A stretch of 64,000 nt of DNA from Malacoraja senta (taxonomy: Eukaryota), in assembly GCA_038087875.1 (NCBI GenBank), contig CM075987.1, positions 25,298,001-25,362,000 on the forward strand. Direction: 5' to 3'. Positions 1-12,514 of the stretch are shown piece by piece. Each line of letters opens with the position of its first letter. Position 1 is the first letter of the stretch. The notes beneath the pieces are model-generated. The model had not been told where the DNA came from, did no database searches, and worked only from the letters and a program-made list of their open reading frames with translations. A program made the position numbers and the translations under genes.

Positions 1-1135
1 TGTGGGGAGAATGGGGTTGAGAAGGGAAATGAGATCAGCCGTGATAGAATGGAGGAGCAGACTCGATGGGCCAAATGGCCTAATTCCACTCCTATTTCTT
101 CAAGATAAAGTTGAAGGCTTGCAAGTTCATTCCTTCAGGAATATGTCAAGGTTCCCCTTGTTCAAGGTACTGTAGGTTCTTCCACAAGACTTTGGGGTGA
201 AAGGGTGGATGGCCATTTCTGAAGGATGGCTCTTGGACATGCCTGTTGCCTGTTTCCATATGGCTTTGTCAGTGTAGTGCAAACCTGCCTGAACGCAGCC
301 CAATGTGAATAACTACCAGGGCATGAGATGGTGGAAGTAAGCTAGGACCTTCTGTGTCTGTTGCTCGTCCACGAGTGATGATAAATACATGCTGTGTGTG
401 TTTGTGTATCGTTCCCCCATAAATCCGGCAAAATTGACATATTCCTCGCAGGTAATGCAAAATCATCAGAGGAATAGATCGGGCAGATGCACAGAGTCTC
501 TTGCCCAGAGTATGGGGATCGAGCACTGGAGGACATACAGTAGGTTTAAGCTGAGGGGGGAAAGATTTAATAGAAACATAGAAAATAGGTGCAGGAGGAG
601 GCCATTCGGCCCTTCGAGCCAGCACCGCCATTCATTGATCGTCCCCTATCAATAACCCGTGCCTGCCTTCTCCCCATACCCCTTGACTCCACTAGCCCCT
701 AGAGCTCTATCTAACTCTCTCGTAAATCCATCCAGTGACTTGGCCTCCACTGCCCTCTGTGGCAGGGAATTCCATAAATTCACAACTCTCTGGGTGAAAA
801 CGTTTTTTCTCACCTCAGTCTTAAATGACCTCCCCTTTATTCTAAGACTGTGGCCCCTGGAACCTGAGGGGTAACATTTTCACACACAGGGTGGTGGGAG
901 TATGGAACAAGGAGGTAGTTGAGGCAGAGACTTTGCCTCAACCACAGGAGGTAGTTGAGGCAGAGACTTTCCCAGCATTTAAGAAACAGTTAGACAGGTG
1001 CATGGATAGAACAGGTTTGGAGGGATATGGACCAAACGCGGACAGGTTGGACGAGTGCAGCTGGGACATGTTGGCCGGTGTGGGCAAGTTGGGCCGAAGG
1101 GCCTGTTTCCACGCTGTATAACTCTATGACTCTAA
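1..1135. mobile_element. Cluster of CR1 (HER1-like) LINE 3' fragments in both orientations, nested
   Basis: Recurrent 3'-end motifs (tggcctaattc..ctcctat; gaaacatagaaaataggtgcagg at about 573 on minus; FTQRVV..WN..P-type translation); tail actctatgactct at about 1121-1133. Confidence 0.8.
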
Positions 1136-1395
1136 TTCAAGTACTTGTCTAATACTTCTTAAATGTGTGTGAGAATCTCTGCCTCCACAAATGTTCCCCT
1201 CAGGCAGAACATTCCAACTACTAACCCCCCACTGGGTGAAAAAAGATCTTCCTCAGATCACCTCTAAACATTTCATCTTTTGCCACAAACCTTTAACCGG
1301 ACTTTACTGGTTTTACACTAAACTTTATTCCCTTTATCAAGTATCTGCACACTGTGGATGGTTCGATTGTAAGCATGTGCAGTATAGTCTTTTCA

Positions 1396-1581
1396 CTTCT
1401 TCTTCTTTTTGTGTCCAAATGTTGACCTCGCTGTCATCGTCCGTCCTGAAAAGGACACGAGCTTCCGGCGACAATCAGTGGGAGCCATCACTTGTCGCAA
1501 TAGATGATGGTGGTAGCAGAATTAGCTCGGGATACTTCCAGTTTCCAGCCCCGTGACGTGGACGCTTCTGCTATGGGGCCC
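1396..1581 (-). mobile_element. Short retroposon with a 5' HDV-like ribozyme and (GAA)n tail (type B)
   Basis: Minus strand starts GGGCCCC-A-TAGCAGAA and ends ggacacaaaaagaagaagaag. It interrupts a Rex1-like 3' UTR. No clear TSD. Confidence 0.75.
1514..1581 (-). ncRNA. HDV-like (CPEB3-like) self-cleaving ribozyme motif
   Basis: P1 GGCCCC/GGGGCU; P2 UAGCAGAA/UUCUGCUA; P3 GCG/CAC (1 mismatch); L3 UCCACGU; GG for P1.1; J4/2 CUAA. Confidence 0.85.
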
Positions 1582-1956
1582 GATGGGCACGCAACAAAAA
1601 GCTTTTCATTGCACCTAAAGCATTAAAACTAAAACTAATCTAAACTAGACTAACATACTCCAGCTTTAGATTCTTCTGGTATGGGGAAAAGATTTCAGCT
1701 GCCTACCAGATCTATGCCTCTCATAATTTAGATAGCAGGGAGATAGATGTTGCACTAACAAAAATACAAAGCTGCGATCATTCAAACGTTGTTGAGGTAG
1801 GTTTATGGGGAGCATGCAATATAAGTCTCAAACAAAACATATAAGAGGAATTTAAAAACCCCCCACAGTGAATGGGAAACTGTGAAAGGCCCATTCTTCT
1901 TCTTTTACAGACACGTCGTACGTGCAAGGTTGCTCGTGAAAATCAATGTGATGATC

Positions 1957-2815
1957 CAGTAATCTCTCATTATAACGGAGCATAGAGGGGGCGAAATGGT
2001 GTCTGTTATTGCCGATTGTCTGCTATAACCAAGTGTAATATGTGGCGTTTCATGTGTAGAGACCCTACAATAACATTTATTGTGAGCAAGAGCTGCACTG
2101 AAAGCTGAAACATAAGTTCATAAGTTATAGGAGCAGAATTAGGCCATTCGGCCCATCAAGTCTATCATTCAATCATGGCTGATCTATCTCTCCCTCCTAA
2201 CCCCATTCTCCTGCCTTCTCCCCACAACCCCTTGACACCCGTACTAATCACGAAACTATCTATTGGCCCTGTCCCACTGTACGAGTTCATTCAAGTGCTC
2301 TCCCGGGTTTAAAAAAAAAATCAGACTCGTGGTAAGCACGTGGAATGAACGTAGCGGGTACGTCGGAGCTCGGGGACGTCTCTTAGCGGCTCGTAACGCT
2401 AACGGCAGGTACTCGGGAAGACTCGCTAACGGCAGGTAAGCTCGGGAAGACTCGTGAAGATTTTTCAACATGTTGAAAAATGTCCACGAGAGCCCCGAGT
2501 ACCGACGAGCGGCCATTACCGTAAATCTCCGAGTTCGAATCAGGGCAAACTCGGGGAGAACTCTTGAATGAACTCGTACAGTGGGACAGGGCTTTATCTC
2601 TGCCATTAGAATATCCATTGACTTGGCCTCCACAGCCTTCTGTGGCAATGAATTCCACCGATTCACCACCCTCTGACTAAAGAAATTCCTCTTCATCTCC
2701 TTCCTAAAGGTGCGTCCTTTAATTCTGAGGCTGTGCCCTCTGGTCCTAGACTCTCCCACTAGTGGAAACAACCAAAATTTGTTGTAAAGAGGTCTGTAAA
2801 AACGAGGGTTTACTG
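1957..2815. mobile_element. Degenerate Tc1/mariner (Tigger-like) non-autonomous element containing nested CR1 and Harbinger-like insertions
   Basis: Imperfect terminal inverted repeats cagtaatctctcattataacgg and (reverse complement) cagtaaaccctcgtttttacag; TA TSD not preserved. Confidence 0.45.
2264..2594. mobile_element. PIF/Harbinger-like MITE
   Basis: Long TIRs gccctgtcccactgtacgagttcattcaag / cttgaatgaactcgtacagtgggacagggc; inserted into a CR1 3' end at a T/A-rich site. Confidence 0.75.
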
Positions 2816-3125
2816 TTATAGCAAAGCTCTGACAATCAGGACCAAAGGGCAAGTATGTTTTGGATTAAATGGTGGCTTGGGTGATATGCGCAGTGGACTG
2901 ACATAAAATACATACTTTTGTAGAGGATGTGTTCTTAGAAAATATTTAGTAAAATAAAAAAGCCAGGCACATTCTCTTCGGGATACTTTGGTACGATGGA
3001 AGGGAACTGATGTGCCAATTGTGTAGCACAAATAAAGATTTGGAAATCATGGACACATATCCGAAAGAGTCGACGGCATTATAGTGAAGAGATGTCAGTT
3101 GATCGTTCATATTACAGTCAGCCGT

Positions 3126-3153
3126 CTGAAGAAGGGTCTCGACCCGAAACGTC
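3126..3153 (+). ncRNA. Minimal hammerhead ribozyme motif in a Penelope-like pLTR
   Basis: CUGAAGA-A-GGGU(CUCG)ACCC-GAAA-CGUC. Confidence 0.65.
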
Positions 3154-4789
3154 AGCCATTCCTTCTCTCCAGAGATGCTGCCTGTCGGGCTGAGATGAGG
3201 AAAAACTTTTTCACCCAGAGAGTTGTGAATCTGTGGAATTCTCTGCCACTGAAGGCAGTGGAGGCCAATTCACTGGATGTTTTCAAGAGAGAGTTAGAAA
3301 TAGCTCTTCAGGCTAAAGGAATCAAGGGCTATGGGGAAAAAGCAGGAACGGGGTACTGATTTTGGATGATCAACCATAATCATATTGAATGGCGGTGCTG
3401 GCTCGAAGGGCCGAATGGCCTACTCCTGCACCTATTTTCTATGTTTCTATCTTTCTATACTCCAGCTTTTTGTGCCTATCTTCAGTTTAAACCAGCATCT
3501 GCAATTCCTTCCTTCACATATTATTTATTATTCCTCCAAAGAGAAAGCGTTTTGTAGGATTTTACTTTCAAATCCTACAAATTTACTTTCAAGAGTTACA
3601 TAGAGCTCTAGGGGCTAGTGGAGTCAAGGGATATGGGGAGAAGGCAGGCACGGGTTATTGATAGAGGACGATCAGCCATGATCACAATGAATGGTGGTGC
3701 TGGCTCAAAGGGCCGAATGGCCTCCTCCTGCACCTATTTTCTATGTCTAAATCGACATTCAGGATTTTCACGGCAATGGGTTGAATGTTGCATTTTTTAT
3801 CTTTAAAGTCTTATTGACTCCAATAAAATAAATGAATTATACACCACTCAGCAGCTCACTTTAGTTCACCATTGCAAGGTGCTGAATGAAACAATGCTTC
3901 TTTCCATTGTAAAATGAATCCTGCTGCTGTTTCAACAACTCCTTTTGATATTGGGTGAATGATAATCAGAGCATTGTCAACACTGCCACTGTCAAATGCT
4001 AATGAGGATGTTTCCACTAGTGGGAGAGCCTAGGACCAGAGGTCACAGCCTCAGAATTAAAGGACGTTCCTTTGGGAAGGAGATGAGGAGGAATGTTTTT
4101 TTGTCAGAATGTGGTGAATCTGTGGACATCTTTGCCACAGAAGGCTGTGGAGGCCAAGTCAGTGGATAGTTTTATGGCAGAGATGGATTTATTCTTGATT
4201 AGTACGGGTATCAGGGGTTATGGGGAGAAGGCAGCAGAATGGGGTTAGGAGGGAGAGATAGATAAGCCATGGTGGGGTAGACTTGATGGGCTGAATGGCC
4301 TAATTCTACTCCTATGACTTATGACCTTATGAAAACAATACATTGCTTGACAGGAGAGTTTGCACATGGTTCATTTGTCGACTGGATTATTTGTTTGGCA
4401 TTGAGCTCCTAACACTTATGAACACGTGGGCTTCTATCTATAAGTGGAAGATTGTGTTGCTAGTTCTGGATGTTGTGCATGTGTGGAGATCTGATCAGCG
4501 GTAGTAATGGTCTTTCAAGAATTGCCTTCAGTTATATTGTGCCAGATAGATCAGCCATGATTGAATGGCAGGGTAGACTTGATGGGCCGAATGGCCTAAT
4601 TCTGCTCCTATTACTTATGAACTTATGAACTAATTACACCTTGCAATATAATAGTGACTCAATTTTGTCATAACCACTTTGGTTCTGCAGTAAGTTATGA
4701 AATTAAATAAGCATCCCCCCCCCAAATATGATCTTAAGGGTAAACTTGATTTAATTGAGAACGAGGCTGAATTTTATGCAATATTACTT

Positions 4790-5045
4790 GAAGTTTGACA
4801 CAAATTGCTGGAGTAACTCAGCAAGACAGGGAGCATCTCTGGAGAGAAGGAATGGGTGACGTTTCGGGTCGAGAACCTTCTTCAGACGGTGAGTCAGGGG
4901 AGAGGGGGAGATACAGAGATGAGGAAGTGTAAGGTGTGAAAATGAGACATCAAAGGGGATGGAGATCAAGGAGAATGTAGAATAGATCATTGTTAGCTGG
5001 GAGAAGGTAACAACAAAGCGAACAGAGATAAAATGTAGTTGGGGT
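4790..5045 (-). mobile_element. Penelope-like element 3' end / pLTR
   Basis: Reverse complement of the ctgaagaagg..cccgaaacgtcacccattccttctctccagagatgct motif found at the 3' end of the GIY-YIG-bearing copy at 41401-42598. Confidence 0.75.
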
Positions 5046-5451
5046 AATGTAGCTGTTGAAAGGAAACAGATTTATATGCAGCATGACATTAATATTCCAA
5101 AACATCTCAAGATACTCTATATCCAATGACAACCTCCTTGAAGCATTATTAGGATTGTACAGGAGGCCGCAGCAAATTGGTTTAATGTACTGTATTCCAC
5201 TCATCTGCGTCAGCAATTGTGACTGAGGGATATCAGGGGAAAACCACCTTGCTCTTTTTTTTTTTGAAGTAGCGCCTAGTGATCATTTAATGCAACTAGG
5301 AGACAGACTCAGTTTAACCTCCCACTAAAGTGTAAGCTCTTCTAAAGCTGCTGCCTACAAAACAGAGGATTATGCAGATTGTGTAAGAGTTCCTTTGCAA
5401 CTTGTAAACATAACAGGCTGCCATTATTGTTTGTGAGTTTGTTTTTATGTT

Positions 5452-6015
5452 AATATATATGTGTGTGCGTATGTATGTATGTATGTATGTGTGTGTGTAT
5501 ATATATATATATACATGTGTTTGTGCGTGAGTGTGTACATACTTGAGTGTGTGTGTATATATATATATATATATACATATGTGTGTGCGTGTCCGTGTGT
5601 GTATATATATATGTATGTCTGTATATGTTTGTGTGTGTGTGTGTGTGCGTGTGTGTGTGTGTGCGTGTGTGTGTGTGTGCGTGTGTGCATGTGAGTGCAC
5701 GTGTTTGTATGTGTGTGTGTGTGCGTGTCTGTATATGTGTGTGTGCATGTGTGAGTGTGTGTCTATGTGTGTGCGTGTTTGTGTGTGTGCATGTGTGTGT
5801 GCGTGTCTGTATATCTGTGTGTGTTTGTGCATGTGTGTGTGTGTGTGTGTCTGTGTGTGTGTGTGTGTGTGTCTGTGTGTGTGTGTGTGTGTGTGTCTGT
5901 GTGTGTGTGTGTGTGTGTCTGTGTGTGTGCGTGTGTGTGTGTGTGTGTGTCTGTGCGTGTGCGTGTGTGCGTGTGTGTCGGCATATGTTTGGGTGCGTCT
6001 GCATATGTTTGTGTG
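5452..6015. repeat. Compound degenerate (TG)n/(TA)n microsatellite
   Basis: Directly visible. Confidence 0.95.
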
Positions 6016-6742
6016 TAAGAACTACAGATGCTGGTTGAAACCGAAGATAGACACAAAAAGCTGGAGTAACTCAGTGGGTCAGGCATATGTCTGTGTACAC
6101 ACACTCTCTGAAGAAGGCTCTCAACCCAAAACATCACCTATTCATTTTCTCCAGAGATGCTGCCTGACTCGCTTAATTACTCCAGCATTTTGTGTCTATT
6201 TTTAAAAATATTATATATAATATATACACACTAATCAAGAATCTGTCAATCTCCACCTTACAAATATCCATTGATGGCCTCTACAGCCGTCTGTGGCAAT
6301 GAACTCCATAGATTCTCCACCCTTTGACGAAACAAATTTCTCATCACTTTTCCAAAGGTACTTTCATTAATTCTGAAGCTCTGGCCTCTGGTCCTGCACT
6401 CTCCCACTTGTGGAAACATCCTCTCCACATTCACTCTATCCAGGCCTTTCACTATTCGGTAAGTTTCAATGAGGTACCCCCTCATCCTTGTAAACTCCAG
6501 CGAGTCCAGACATAGTGTCTTCAGATCATTCTGTATTTTTACATCTTTCGATATTTTTACTTTATCGTCTGGTTTGTGATGAAAGCTCAATTGACTTTCA
6601 TTCTGATGCAATCCTTGGCATTTGTTGTCCAAACTCAATCATCCCCATCCCTGAATATATCCCAGTTCTGATCATTGGCTTCATATAATATCTGCTTCCT
6701 AATCTCCAGCTACTTCCTGGCTCGGGTATTTTGAGGGCTAGA

Positions 6743-7025
6743 GATGCAGCTATCAGACAGGCCCTTCGGCCCACCGAGTCCACGCCGACCAGCGAACCCC
6801 GCACACAAGCTCGATCCTACACACTGGAGACGAATTGCAATTTTACTGAAGCCAATTAACCTACAAACCTGCACGTCTTTGGAGTGTGGGAGGAAACCGG
6901 AGATCCCGGAGAAAAACCCACATGGTCACAGGGATGATGTACAAACCCCGTACAGCTGTGGTCAGGATTGAACCCGGGTCTCTGGCGCTGTAAGTCTGCA
7001 ACCCTGCTGCTGCGCCACCGTGTCG
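6743..7025 (-). mobile_element. tRNA-derived V-SINE (HE1-like)
   Basis: Minus strand has A box tggcgcagcag, B box gttcaatcc and the conserved core ggtttcctcccacactccaaagacg. Confidence 0.8.
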
Positions 7026-9215
7026 TGTTCTGATTGTTATTATAGATTTGCAGCTTCAGGTTCAGTTGAACCTCACCCTCTTTTCATTCATCACGTGAGA
7101 CAGCAGGCGTAGAATTGCCGATTCCTTCAGGCTGCGATACAAAGGCTAGGTTTGTAGTTGGCACTTGGCAGTGAGGACATCAGAAGGAGAATCAATGATT
7201 TCTGTTGCTTCTCTCTTTCAGTCTAAAGCAAGAAGATAAGTGGCGGATACCTACTGCAGAGAAGGGACGCATCCAGGTCTAACCTTACACTTACTCGGTC
7301 AAAAGCTTGAAGCCCAACATGCTGTCTGTTCAGCTTGAAGCAGGAAATCTTGTATTGATGTGTAAGGAGGAACTACTGATGCACCGACGATAGACACAAA
7401 AAGCTGGAGTAACTCAGCGGGACAGGCAGCATCTCTGGAGAGAAGGAATGGGTGACGCTTCAAGTCTGCCTGTCCTGCTGAATTACTCCAGCATTTTGTG
7501 CTTCTCTTTGATTTAAACCATCATCTGCAGTTCCTTCCCACACAGGGTATCATATCAATACGGATTGAAGAAGGATCTCGAAGAAGGGTCTCAACCCGAA
7601 ACATCACCCATTCCTTCTATCCAGAGATGCTGCCTGTCCCGCTGAGTTGCTCCAGCATTTTGTGTCTATCTTCGGTTTAAACCAGCATCCACAGTTCCTT
7701 CCTACACAGACTGCCTTTAAACCTTTTAATGAGAATTATTTTCCGATGTATTTTGAAGCTGGCCATCAATGTTTCATCAATGAACAATGGATTGGAAAGA
7801 CTTGGATGGATATGGGCCAAATGCGGGCAGCTGGGACTAGTGTAGATGGGACAACTTGGTCAGCGTAGGCAAGTTGGGCCAGAGGGAAGGGGGCCTGTTT
7901 CCATTCCACACTGTATGACTCTATGTCTCGATATCTTCAGCCCTCCCTGCAGCGAGTATTGAGGATGTTTATTGATTATTGCAATGTGTTCAGTTAGTAT
8001 GTGGCCTTTGACGGCACTGGGCCTGTACTCGCTGGAGTTCAGAAGAATGAGGGGGGAAGATTGAGTCAAAGACTTGGATAGAGTGGATGTGGAGAGGGAG
8101 TGGTGTCCCACTAGTGGGAGAGTCCAGGACTAGAGGTCATAACCTCAGAATTAAAGGACGTTCTTTTCGGAAGGAGATGAAGAAGAATTTCTGTACTAAG
8201 AGGGTGGTGAATCTGTGGAATTCTTTGCCACAAAAGGCAGTGGAGGCCAAGTCAGTGGATATATTTTAGGCAGAGATAGATAGATTCTTGATTAGTATGG
8301 GTGTCAGAGGCTATGGGGAGAAGGCAGGTGAAGGGGTTAGGAGTGAGAGATAGATCAGCCATGATTGAATGGCGGAGTAGACTTGATGGGGCCGAATGGC
8401 CTAATTCTGCTCCTATCACTTAGAACGGAGATGAGGAAAAACATTTTCACCCAGAGAGTTGTGAATCTGTGGAATTCTTAGCCTCAGAAGGCAGTGGAGG
8501 CCAATTCTCTGGATGCTTTCAAGAGAGAGTCAGATAGAGCTCTTAAACATAGCGTAGTCAGGGGATATGGTGAGAAGGCAGGAACAGGATACTGAACGTG
8601 GATGATCAGCCATGATTACAGTGAATGGCGGTGCTGGCTCGAAGAGCCGGATGGCTTACTCCTGCACCTATTGTCTACTGTCTATTGTCTATTGCCAGGG
8701 GAGATAGTTGAGGCAGGTATTATCACAATGTTTAAGAAACGTTGTCTACTATGTTTCTATGTTTCTAAACATTTGGACAGGTACATGGATATGACAGGTT
8801 TAAAAGGATATGGGCCAAACACAGGCAGGTGGGACTGGTGTAGATGGGTCATGTTGGTCGGTGGGGCAAGTTGGGCCAAAGGGCCTGTTTCCATGCTGTA
8901 TGACTCTGACTCTAAATCAGCACAGCACAGTGGCTAAATGGAATCCTTCTGTATGATATGACTTCATAATATGTCTATAAGCTGATAAGATGCTTTGAGG
9001 ATAGAGCTAGTCTTTTTAATGCCAGAGGAAATGGTATGGAGCCACATAGAAAGGATAAAGGCCTTTTCCGGCACACTTATGCTGACCAATTTCAGTTCCA
9101 TTTATCTGTGTTTGGCTCATATCCCACGAAACATTTCCTATCCATGTAGCTGTCCAAATATTTTTTAAATGTTGATATGGTGCCTACCTCACTTCCACTG
9201 GCAGCTCGTTCCATA

Positions 9216-10688
9216 TCTATATTACTAAAAGTCTGATCTTGACCACTTCCTGTTCTGTATATTGATTTTAGAAAAAACGCTGCCACTTACGGCTGTGATT
9301 TTTGGCCATCTTTCTCAGAGTCCCCCTCCGCTGCGCAGGACAAGAGGATTTTTCCCATTGATGAAAAATAAAAGAGTTATTCGTGTTTAAAAAATGTTGA
9401 GATTCTCTCTCCTGAAGGCGACGCCACTTCCGGAGGGACTATAAAACCCGGAAGCGTTGAGTGCCTCAGTCAGTCTCTGCAAGATGGGGGAGCGAGAGAG
9501 TCATGTCTCTCAGTCTGAGCTGTGAATCACACTGAACACATGTCTACTAAACTGTGAGTGGTTTTACTGACCTGTCAGTGCCCTTAATGTGGTTTGAAAA
9601 TATAGTTTGGAAATGCTAAAGCTGTGTTGCCTTTGGTTTGGAATAGCTAAAGCTGTGTTGCCTTTGGTTTGGAAATGCTAAAGATGTGTTGCCTTTGGTT
9701 TGGAAATGCTAAAGCTGTGTTGCCTTTGGTTTGGAAATGCTAAAGCTGTGTTGCCTTTGGTTTGGAAATGCTAAAGCTGTGTTGTCTAATTAAAGTTACC
9801 TTGCCTAATTAAAGTTGCCTTGCCTAATTAAAGTTGCCTTGCCTAATTAAAGTTGCCTTGCCTAATTAAAGTTGCCTTGCCTAATTAAAGTTGCCTTGCC
9901 TTCTATATAATTAAGGGTCTAATCTTGACCACTTCCTGTTTGCTCTTTATATTGATTTTAGAAAAAATGCTATCACGTACGGCTGTGATTTTTGGCCATC
10001 ATACGCAGAGTCCCCCTCCGCTCCTCAGGTGCCAAGGATTTTTCCCATCGATGAAAAATAAAAGAATAATTAGTGTTTTAAAAATGTTGAGATTCTCTGT
10101 CCTGTCAATCATGCCATGAAGGCCACGCGCCTTCTGGTGGGAGGGGGGAGGGGGGAGGAACTATAAAACCCAGAAGTGTGGGCGTGGCTCAGTCTCTGCA
10201 AGATGGAGGAGGGAGAGGTCACGACTCGCTGTCTTTAGTGGCCTTGCACCCTGCTTGAAGTGGTATGAAACTGCATTTAAATTTGGTGGCCTTGCACCCT
10301 GAAACTGCACTTGAATTTGGTGGCCTTGCACCCTGCTTGAAATGGTATGAAACTGCACTTGAATTTGGTTGCCTTGCACCCTGCTTGAAATGGAATTTCA
10401 AGGAATAGCCGTGAGTCAACTGCCCGCCCACCAGCCATGAGTGAGTGAGCTGCCGGCAAAACAGGCTTGAGTGTCTGAGGCGCCAGCCCAAGAATCCATT
10501 CGGCCCACAATGTCCATACTAGTCCTCTGGAAACCAGTCCCTTCAGCCCACAACACCCATACTAGTGCTCCAGAACCCTCCCCCCCCACTGGCCACCAAT
10601 ATTGGAATTGGTGGAGAGGTGGAATATTGCGTTGGGGGACCAGCCCTCCCGTGTGATGGTGGGACCCAACGGGTCCCACTTAGTCTAG
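9216..10688 (+). mobile_element. Non-autonomous Helitron
   Basis: 5' TC (tctatattactaaaagt) after A9215; 3' hairpin gggaccc-aac-gggtccc then CTAG (10685-10688) followed by T; no TSD; internal minisatellites. Confidence 0.85.
9607..9900. repeat. Tandem arrays inside the Helitron: 31-bp unit x about 5.5, then 19-bp unit x about 6
   Basis: Units ctaaagctgtgttgcctttggtttggaaatg and taattaaagttgccttgcc, with no spacers. Confidence 0.95.
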
Positions 10689-10762
10689 TATATCCATATA
10701 TCCATATTTCCATATATATATATATATCCATTCAAACCTGTATGTCTTTGGAGTGTGGGAGG

Positions 10763-11215
10763 TGTAATGAGGCGAGGCATACGCATGCCAGGGTGCAACA
10801 CATGTTTATTGATGTCTACTCACAGCATACTTCTGCATGGTGTTACAGTAAGCTAGCAACTACTCAGACTAATTACATTAGCAGACCTCCGATAATATAA
10901 ACCGCATAGTAGGCGGAGCTTCTACTAACAAGCACTACAATTGGCTGGTAAGAGGTAACCAATCCACATCTTTCCTTGTAGAAACAAAATAAACCATTGA
11001 TAGGATATCAATTATCAATTATTATAAATGGATATCAACCATTGATACACGGTGGCTAAATAATACAGTGGCCAAAATGCGAATAGCGCATATGGGGACG
11101 TATAGATGATTACACAAACTCTCCATATCTAAGGGGTGGCCTACAAAGCCGTCCGGCATGCGTGCGGTATAAATCCGCGTCTCCTCCGTTCATCGGGGAA
11201 GTGACTGGGGACGGC
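10763..11215 (-). mobile_element. Gypsy-type LTR retrotransposon 3' fragment (pol C-terminus, PPT, 206-bp LTR at 10763-10968)
   Basis: On minus: RTHAGRLCRPPLRY..stop (typical integrase tail motif), purine tract aaggaaaga, then LTR TGTGG...aataaa...CATTACA. Inserted in a V-SINE. Confidence 0.7.
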
Positions 11216-12514
11216 ACCAGAGCACCTGGAGAAAACCCACGCAGGTCACAGGGAGAACGTTCAAACTCCGTAACGCCAGCACTCGTAGTCAGGATGGAAC
11301 CCGGGTCTCTGGCGCTGTGAGGCAGCAACTCTACCGCAGCGCCACCGTGCCGCCCCAACTTAGCCGCTTCCATTGACTTCCCTTTCCCCGGTTGCTTCTA
11401 GTTCCAGTCCTCCATCCCCTTTTGCGCTATCTCCGCTGCTAAAAAACACCCAGTATTGGCAGCCTCCTGCACTGCAATACATTCCCCACAGCACCTCGGC
11501 GTTGACCTTGCGTTTAATTTTTCTCCAGTCTGCGCTGCCCACGGGCCTGTAGTGATATTTAAATTTGAACATTAATCTCCCCTAATCCAAATTCCACAGA
11601 ACATCCTGTGTTAAGCTACAAACTGCCTCCTTGACAAATTGCTTCCCTAGTTCGACACAGAATCAATGTACAGCAACTAAAATGGCACCTTTCTCCTCGG
11701 GACTACAAAAACAAGGTCAACAATGTTGGTTAGGTGGAAATATTGTATAATTTATGCCGTAATGAAACATGGCACTGTTTAAATTAACAGAGAGCCCTGT
11801 TGCCTTTGTAGATCAGACTTTATTATTTCTATTTATGGGGATTAGCGACACACATCGGGGGAATCACTATGCATGATACTTATTGAACAAGCAGAACTAA
11901 TGTCCCAGTACGCACCTATCTATGCAATCCAGTTAGCATCACTACTTTGAGACGCGTCACATCTGATGTGTCTCCTGTGCCAGGTTTGTCACCAGTGGTT
12001 GACTTAATAGGGAACTCCATTGCTGCTGTAACTGATCATCTAGATCAAGTTCTTATGATATACAAATTGCTGTTTGCAGTGTTCCCCAGATGAACGTGAA
12101 TCAAATTGCCCTTTCTATTCCGATGTCGCCTAATTTAATGGAGCATCTACTGATGGAATCACACCCGATAAATCTGTCATCATCTTAATAGCAACTAAGC
12201 ATTATTAGTGAAATATGTACGTCGGAAGGGAGGATCAGCTTTTGTCCAGCAATTAGGATATTATCTTGCGTTCAGAGTGGCAATACCCTTCTGAAATTCA
12301 ATTGATTTTAAACTACAAAACAGCTAAGGCTGTGCTAAAATGGAAAGCATTGCAAAACGATACTGCTGTAATAGGGAGATGATCAACAGAAAACCTGGTA
12401 ACGACCCTTTCAAGTCACAGAGAGGTCACTTCGTTCAAGGGAAGACTTTCACACAGAAGCCCCAAATGTTTTGATTTTGCAGAGTGTTGGTGTAAAGGTG
12501 AGTTGGTGAGTTTA

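Noticed and set aside
5314..6205. Long ORFs (HT-rich, CV-rich)
   Set aside because: Artefacts of the (TG)n microsatellite; the same applies to 20043-20532.
7222..7361. Exon candidate after ctctctttcag
   Set aside because: Stops in all three frames before the gtaag donor.
9607..9900. 31-bp direct repeats resembling a CRISPR array
   Set aside because: Units are head-to-tail with no spacers and no cas genes; this is a minisatellite inside a Helitron in eukaryotic DNA.
12085..12110. Further HDV-like core on minus (UGA-UUCACGU-UCA)
   Set aside because: P3/L3 look-alike only; no P1 or P2 partner nearby.
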